Assembly (NCBI GenBank): GCA_964016885.1
Contig: OZ024752.1
Span: 31,868,001-31,932,000 of the forward strand
Reading direction: 5' to 3'
Origin: Eledone cirrhosa
Taxonomy: Eukaryota
DNA length: 64,000 nucleotides
Positions 57,733 through 64,000 of this stretch are shown one piece after another. A program made the position numbers and the translations under genes. The notes beneath the pieces were generated by a model. It was given only the letters and a program-made list of their open reading frames with translations, was not told the DNA's origin and made no database searches. Within the stretch, counting starts at the first letter, position 1. The number at the start of each line of letters is the position of its first letter.

Positions 57733-60407
57733 ATTCAAGGAATGCCTCAACAGCATAAAGTGTTTCATCCAAGAGTGTCACCCTGACAACATCTTAATGA
57801 TGGGGGACTTCAACCTCCCCGGAGTTGACTGGTCCACAAACAGCCTGCCACCAGGTTCTTCTGCCTCAACCTCTGACAGGGAAGCTGTGGAATCGCTTCT
57901 TGACTTCATGGATGATTTCTTCCTATCCTAACTGGTGCTCGAACCAACGAGGTGCCACAAAAACGTCCTAGACTTAATTTTCAGCAATCACACTGACAAT
58001 ATCCACAATATTGCAGTGGAGAAAACTCTACTCTCTGATCATGACATGGTTCTCTGTGATCTGAGATTCCACCGTCCAATATACAAACCCAATGTCATCT
58101 CTCCTGTCCATCCGTTTGACGCTATGGATTTCCACAATGCAAACTGGGAAGCGATCAGTCATGATCTTGCACATGTCGACTGGTCCTTCACGCACACTCA
58201 TACACCCACTAACATCAAAAAGTCCTGGCAGACATTTGTGGACACTGTTACAAACATATGTGCTAAACACACCCCATTAAGAACTATAAACAAATCTAAG
58301 AGCAGAATCCCTAGAAATAGAAAAACGCTCATCAGAAAAATTAAGAGAACGAACAAAAAAAATCAACAAGCTGAAATACTGTCAGCAGCAACACATCAAC
58401 TTGACTGCCATTTCATCACTAGAGATTAAAAAACATAACCTCCAAAACAACATAATGTCCCTCATCAACAATCAGAGAAGAGCTGAAGACGCCTGGGCCA
58501 TTGAGAAGATCAAACTCAATCCCAAAGTGTTCTTTTCATTTGCAAAAAAACACAAAATCACTGGCTCTACTGTTGGCCCTCTAATTGATGAAAATGGCAC
58601 TCTTCAAGACAATGCTAAAACCATGGGTGAGATACTGCAGAAACAATACTGCTCTGTTTTCAGCAATCCTGATATGGCCGATCTGGGCTGTATCGGCGAT
58701 GTTACTCCCCATTACACCTTATCGGACATAACGTTTGGCGCCCCTGATGTCTTGGCGGCAATAAAGGAAATCAAGCATAATTCAGCAGTAGGTCCCGATA
58801 GGTTCCCTGCTTGTGTCTTGAAGGCGTGTCAACACCAACTTGCATCTCCTCTTGCCAATCTGTGGCGGAACTCACTGGATGCTGGTTATGTGCCAGAAAA
58901 CCTTCTATCCCAGTCTGTTGTCCCAGTTTTCAAAAAGGGAAACAAATCCCTTGCCGTGAATTACCGTCCAATCTCACTCACCTCTCATATCATTAAGGTA
59001 TTTGAGCGAGTGGTGAGATCGCGAATGACCCACTTCCTTGAGAGTAACAATATGCTGAACTCCAACCAGCATGGATTCCGTAATGGAAGGGATTGCCTGA
59101 CGCAGCTACTGCATCACTTTGATGACATTTTGAGAGCCTTGGGAGAGGGTTCCAACACTGATGTTATCTACCTTGATTTCAGCAAGGCCTTTGACAGGGT
59201 TGATCATAACATTCTACTGAGAAAGCTGTCCAATATTGGTGTCACTGGAAGGCTGCTGCAGTGGATCAAGAGCTTCCTGTCAAACAGAACCCAACATGTT
59301 GTAGTTGAGGGAGTCAAATCAAGCCCAGCCAAAGTCAGTAGTGGAGTCCCACAAGGCACTGTGTTGGGCCCACTTCTCTTCATCATCTATATTAATGACA
59401 TCACTGACATCATCAAACACAGCAACATTAAAATTTTTGCTGATGATTCCAAGCTCCAAAAGGTCATCAATGGCGTGGATGACCGGATAAGCCTTCAGTC
59501 AGACCTACTGGCTGTTACCCAATGGGCAGAAAAGAACAACATGTTACTGAACGAAGACAAATTCGAACTGATCCACTTTGGAAAAGAGGATGCTCTGAAA
59601 CTCCCGTACTCCCTTCCCTCCGGGGAAACTCTCGTGGCATCTAACAACATCAGAGACTTGGGAGTAACCGTGGACAGCAACATAAGCTGGACCACGCATA
59701 TAAGCAGCAAAGTTGACATGGCCCGCAGAATGTGTTCCTGGATCCTCAGAACCTTCCAGTCGAGAGATTCCCGCACCATTATCCTTCTCTTCTCTACTTT
59801 TGCCCGACCACACCTTGAATACTGTTGTCCACTGTGGTCTCCCCACACGAAACAAAGTATCATGAAACTTGAAGCTCCTCAAAGGGCAATCACGAAAAAG
59901 ATAGATGGCATGTCAGACCTTGACTACTGGGGTCGATTAGAAAACCTGAAACTTTACTCACTCCAACGTCGCCGTGAGCGTTATATTATCTGCATGATGT
60001 GGAAAATGTTCCATCATCACTGCCCAAATGATGTTGGCATCGCCTTCAAGATACACCCAAGGCTTGGGCCCCGTGCTATCCGTCCCATTCAAAAATCTAA
60101 ATCGCAACTCATAACAACAATACGGCACAATTATTTCACCTCAATCGGCCCTGCTCTCTTCAACATCACACCAGGACACGTCAAAACAGAAACTGACCAC
60201 ACTAAATTCAAGAAGTCTTTGGACAAATTCCTCCAAGTAATCCCGGACAAACCACCCACACCCGGATATGTCTCCGCAAACAGTAATTCCCTTCTCGAAT
60301 GGGCCATGGTGCCCAAATCCTGAATTGAAAGACTTCGCCAGGTGGTGCTATTAAGTTAGACATGGCCTGGGCCAATACTGGCCAAAACATTTCAAAGTTA
60401 TTCAAAG

Positions 60408-60410
<3 letters not shown>
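57733..60410 (+). mobile_element. 5'-truncated CR1-group LINE (APE C-terminus plus RT)
   Basis: GDFNLP, PTR..NVLDL, SDHD; frameshift near the poly-A at ~58360; 3' tail CAAAGTTATTCAAAGTTA running into (TA)n. Confidence 0.92.
58401..60323 (+). CDS. CR1-group LINE ORF2 reverse transcriptase (640-aa open segment)
   Basis: NYRPISLTS, QHGFR, LDFSKAFD, GVPQGTVLGP, FADDSK, LEYCCPLWSP. Confidence 0.88.
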   Translation: MTAISSLEIKKHNLQNNIMSLINNQRRAEDAWAIEKIKLNPKVFFSFAKKHKITGSTVGPLIDENGTLQDNAKTMGEILQKQYCSVFSNPDMADLGCIGDVTPHYTLSDITFGAPDVLAAIKEIKHNSAVGPDRFPACVLKACQHQLASPLANLWRNSLDAGYVPENLLSQSVVPVFKKGNKSLAVNYRPISLTSHIIKVFERVVRSRMTHFLESNNMLNSNQHGFRNGRDCLTQLLHHFDDILRALGEGSNTDVIYLDFSKAFDRVDHNILLRKLSNIGVTGRLLQWIKSFLSNRTQHVVVEGVKSSPAKVSSGVPQGTVLGPLLFIIYINDITDIIKHSNIKIFADDSKLQKVINGVDDRISLQSDLLAVTQWAEKNNMLLNEDKFELIHFGKEDALKLPYSLPSGETLVASNNIRDLGVTVDSNISWTTHISSKVDMARRMCSWILRTFQSRDSRTIILLFSTFARPHLEYCCPLWSPHTKQSIMKLEAPQRAITKKIDGMSDLDYWGRLENLKLYSLQRRRERYIICMMWKMFHHHCPNDVGIAFKIHPRLGPRAIRPIQKSKSQLITTIRHNYFTSIGPALFNITPGHVKTETDHTKFKKSLDKFLQVIPDKPPTPGYVSANSNSLLEWAMVPKS

Positions 60411-60439
<29 letters not shown>

Positions 60440-60461
60440 CTAATATATACATATATATATA

Positions 60462-60508
<47 letters not shown>

Positions 60509-60565
60509 TAATATATATATATATATATATATACTAATATATATATATATATATATACACTAATA

Positions 60566-60597
<32 letters not shown>

Positions 60598-60632
60598 CTA
60601 ATATATATATATATACATATATATATATACTA

Positions 60633-60663
<31 letters not shown>

Positions 60664-60677
60664 CTAATATATATGTA

Positions 60678-60910
60678 TAAATTGCAAACTTGACTGTCAC
60701 CACACATTATGAACCTGAAGATTGTGAAAGCATGAAAGTACTTGTTCAATTAACACTTAACATTTAATATTCTACCATACTATTTCATTCTAATCCGATT
60801 ATAAATTTTATAGGATTGTAAATAAAACGAGTAAATCAGACAGAGTTGGAATTCCTTTTATTAACATAATCTTCTATACACAATCATACACACCCGTGTA
60901 TATTTATCTA
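60678..60910 (+). mobile_element. Family H5 PLE 3' end with hammerhead (60710-60748)
   Basis: Homologous to 45365-45598; in (TA)n. Confidence 0.8.
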
Positions 60911-60954
<44 letters not shown>

Positions 60955-60955
<1 letters not shown>

Positions 60956-62185
60956 GACCCCTTAGCCTTTGTCAAGGCAGAAAACTCTGATATAACACCT
61001 GCAACCCATCGGTTTGCAGTTATACCAGAGACTACTCCACTTACTGTCCCTTTACTAAATGTCAGTGGTTGGGCTTCAGGTTAGCGACCTGTTCCCGGAA
61101 AAACTCTCCTGCTACGGAAAAAATTCATAGTGCATCAGATTTAAATTCCAAGCAGTCAGGAGAACGGTTGTCTCTAACCGGATATTGTGTGACGGGTGTC
61201 GGCGAAAGTCGCAATGAGGAAGCCGACATCCTGAGGATCAGAATTCTGTCTGCAAAAACAACCACACGTATTGGATATTGGAACATAAGGACTATGTACC
61301 AACCATCCAAACTTGCGCAAGTTATCGGAGAAATGGAGGCCTACAAAATTAAAATCCTGGGCCTCAGCGAGGTCCGCTGGACTGACTGAGAACAAGACCA
61401 TCCTGTTCTCAGGCCGTCAGAACGGGACCCACCGAGATGGAGTTGCAATCATCATGGACAGGGCTGCCAGTGGTGCCCTTGAGGAGTGGACTCCTATCAA
61501 CGAACGCCTAATGACAGCAAGATTCACCACATCACATGAAAAGGTCACCATAGCTCAGTGCTATGCTCCAGCCAACGAACATAACGATGATGACAAGGAC
61601 GCTTTCTACCAGCAACTACAAGATGTTGTAAACAAAACCCCACGTCATGACATCCTGATCGTCATGGGAGACATGAACGCACAGATCGGGGGAAGCAGGG
61701 TTGGCTTTGAACATGTCCTTGGCCCCCATGCTTATGGAAACCGCACGGACAACGGGGACAGGTTTGTCTAGTTCTGTGCCATGAACAATATGAAAATCGG
61801 CTCGTCACTATTTGACCACAAGAACATCCACAAGGTCACATGGGCTTTGAACGACCACAGGACCAAGACGCAAATAGACCACATTGCGATTGGCCCAAAT
61901 TGGAGGGCTCCTTGCCTGCAGGACGTCCGAGTCTACCGGGGCGCAGATGTCTGCAGTGACCACTATCTGTCTGTTACCAAACTTAAAATCAGACTAAGGA
62001 AGCAGAAGAAGAGAGCACTCACTACAAGGCGTTTTGACACTACCAAGCTGAGGAACGGTGACACAGAAGCACAGTTCGAGGCTGCATTGAGGAATAGATT
62101 TGCTGTCCTTGAGGAGTCTGCACCAGGCTCGATCAATTGGTGGGAGGAAATGAAGAAGACCATGGAAGCTGCAGGGGAAGAAATC
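60955..62185 (+). mobile_element. RTE (BovB-like) LINE 5' part, AP-endonuclease pseudogene
   Basis: IGYWNIRTM, GLSEVRW, GVAIIM, QCYAP, GDMNAQIG, QIDHI, SDH; stops or frameshifts at ~61387 and ~61769. Confidence 0.88.
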
Positions 62186-62843
62186 CCCAAAAAAATTTTT
62201 GTCCACACGCCACCTACACACACAACACGCTTAAACCCCACACACACGTGCTTTCCACCACATATTTACACCTACAGCCTCCTGGTTCCTCTCCCCCACC
62301 CCTCTATCCACACACGCACAGACACTCCGACATACAACCCCCCCCCACTCACACCTCTTCCTGAACATGCAACCCCGTTCTTCCCCCAACCCTTACTTTC
62401 ACATACACACGTACACACACACACACGTACACCTACACACACACACCACCTTCAGCCCTCCCGGCTCGGATACCCCGTCTCCCTCTCCCAACTCCACCCG
62501 CAACCACCCCTACACACCCCACACCCTTCCACCGCCTGTTTTACCCCACTTTTAATTTCAGTTTATTTTGATCATGCTTTTATATTTAATTTTATTTCCT
62601 GCCTTGTATTTTGATCATGCATTATTTTTAATTTTAATTTCATTCGCACCGTTTCCTTTCGCTATATGTCTCTCCACCAGTCCCCTACACATCCTTTGAA
62701 CACTGTTCCCACACACTTCTCACACGAGGAAGGGCTTATGCCCGAAACGTCGTTCCCCGCCACCACCCCACTCTCCAGAGAGTGAAATTAATAAACATTC
62801 GTTGTACTGCCTCTCTGTTTTGTTCCTGTTCAAATTTTTCCAT

Positions 62844-62845
<2 letters not shown>
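62186..62845 (+). mobile_element. Probable PLE 3' UTR with hammerhead-like motif at 62723-62751
   Basis: CACGAGGA-A-GGGC(TTAT)GCCC-GAAAC-GTC; C-rich upstream region; ends in (TA)n. Confidence 0.55.
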
Positions 62846-62874
<29 letters not shown>

Positions 62875-62875
62875 T

Positions 62876-62931
<56 letters not shown>

Positions 62932-62946
62932 TATATATATCATAAT

Positions 62947-62984
<38 letters not shown>

Positions 62985-63048
62985 CACATATATATATCAT
63001 AATCTATAATATATATATATATATATATACACATATATATATCATAAT

Positions 63049-63086
<38 letters not shown>

Positions 63087-63105
63087 CACATATATATATC
63101 ATAAT

Positions 63106-63145
<40 letters not shown>

Positions 63146-63156
63146 TATATCATAAT

Positions 63157-63198
<42 letters not shown>

Positions 63199-63216
63199 TA
63201 TATATCATAATCTATA

Positions 63217-63251
<35 letters not shown>

Positions 63252-63265
63252 TATCATAATCTATA

Positions 63266-63293
<28 letters not shown>

Positions 63294-63296
<3 letters not shown>

Positions 63297-63346
63297 AGTA
63301 TGTGTGTATACGTACATACATATATGTATACAGACGTACAGTAGCA

Positions 63347-63436
<90 letters not shown>

Positions 63437-63821
63437 TATACATACAGGTACACATACATATATGCACGTATCAGTTTAGCGGACGCTTATTATAACGCCG
63501 CTTTGTTCATTTGTAAACAAACTGAACAGCCTGAATTTTATGCCGTATGGTGTTAAGGCAACCACGTCACCTTTTTGTTCAACACTGACACAGGAACGAT
63601 GTACTAGTTTCAAGCTTGTTAGCTCTCATCAGCACCGTATACCCTTCTGCCAGATAATTGAACGTTCGAAAGTATATACTTTCCTAATGAAAATTAACGG
63701 CTGAGCAGCCTAATTTGCATATCGAGTGAGTCAAGTCGGTCAGGCATACCGAAAACGATAAGTTGAAATAAAATGAAAACGAAATTTCATTTCTCACTCT
63801 TAGTACGGCACTTACTTAAAT
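63294..63821 (-). mobile_element. Non-coding hammerhead element (retrozyme-like), copy 2: one complete monomer
   Basis: Homologous to 39656-40265; minus-strand HHR ~63577-63663: ACGGTG-CTGATGA-GAGCT(AACA)AGCTT-GAAA-CTAG-TA^CATCGT. Confidence 0.82.
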
Positions 63822-64000
63822 ATTTGCTCTACGGTTCTTATATATTTGATATATATTTTCCTTATCGAGCCCTCTTTGGATTTTAGTCTTCAATTTTATT
63901 ATTATTACTATACTAATATATATATATATATATATACATATATATACTAATATATATATATATATACATATATATACTAATATATATATATATATATATA

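Overview
Eukaryotic, AT-rich, repeat-saturated window with no recognisable host gene. The abundant tRNA-derived SINE and huge (TA)n/(CA)n tracts suggest a cephalopod (octopod) genome; this is an inference. Almost all long ORFs in the track are translated microsatellites or a 60-bp minisatellite (23991-29095). Genuine coding remnants are all transposon-derived: a decayed IR/DR Tc1 element, Penelope-like elements (PLEs; RT plus GIY-YIG), CR1-like, RTE, L1/Tx1 and R4-like LINE pieces. A non-autonomous Helitron is also present. The main hidden signal is about 11 sequence-distinct families of short modules, nearly all in or next to (TA)n, carrying a minimal type-I hammerhead ribozyme or hammerhead-like core (CTGAnGA-stem II-GAAA-palindromic stem III-UH). 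Many are arranged as asymmetric inverted hairpins. One non-coding family (39656-40265 and 63294-63821) shows a circularly permuted junction between its two copies, consistent with a retrozyme-like circular RNA of about 460-530 nt mobilised by PLE machinery. All folds were read by eye, and no database searches were run.
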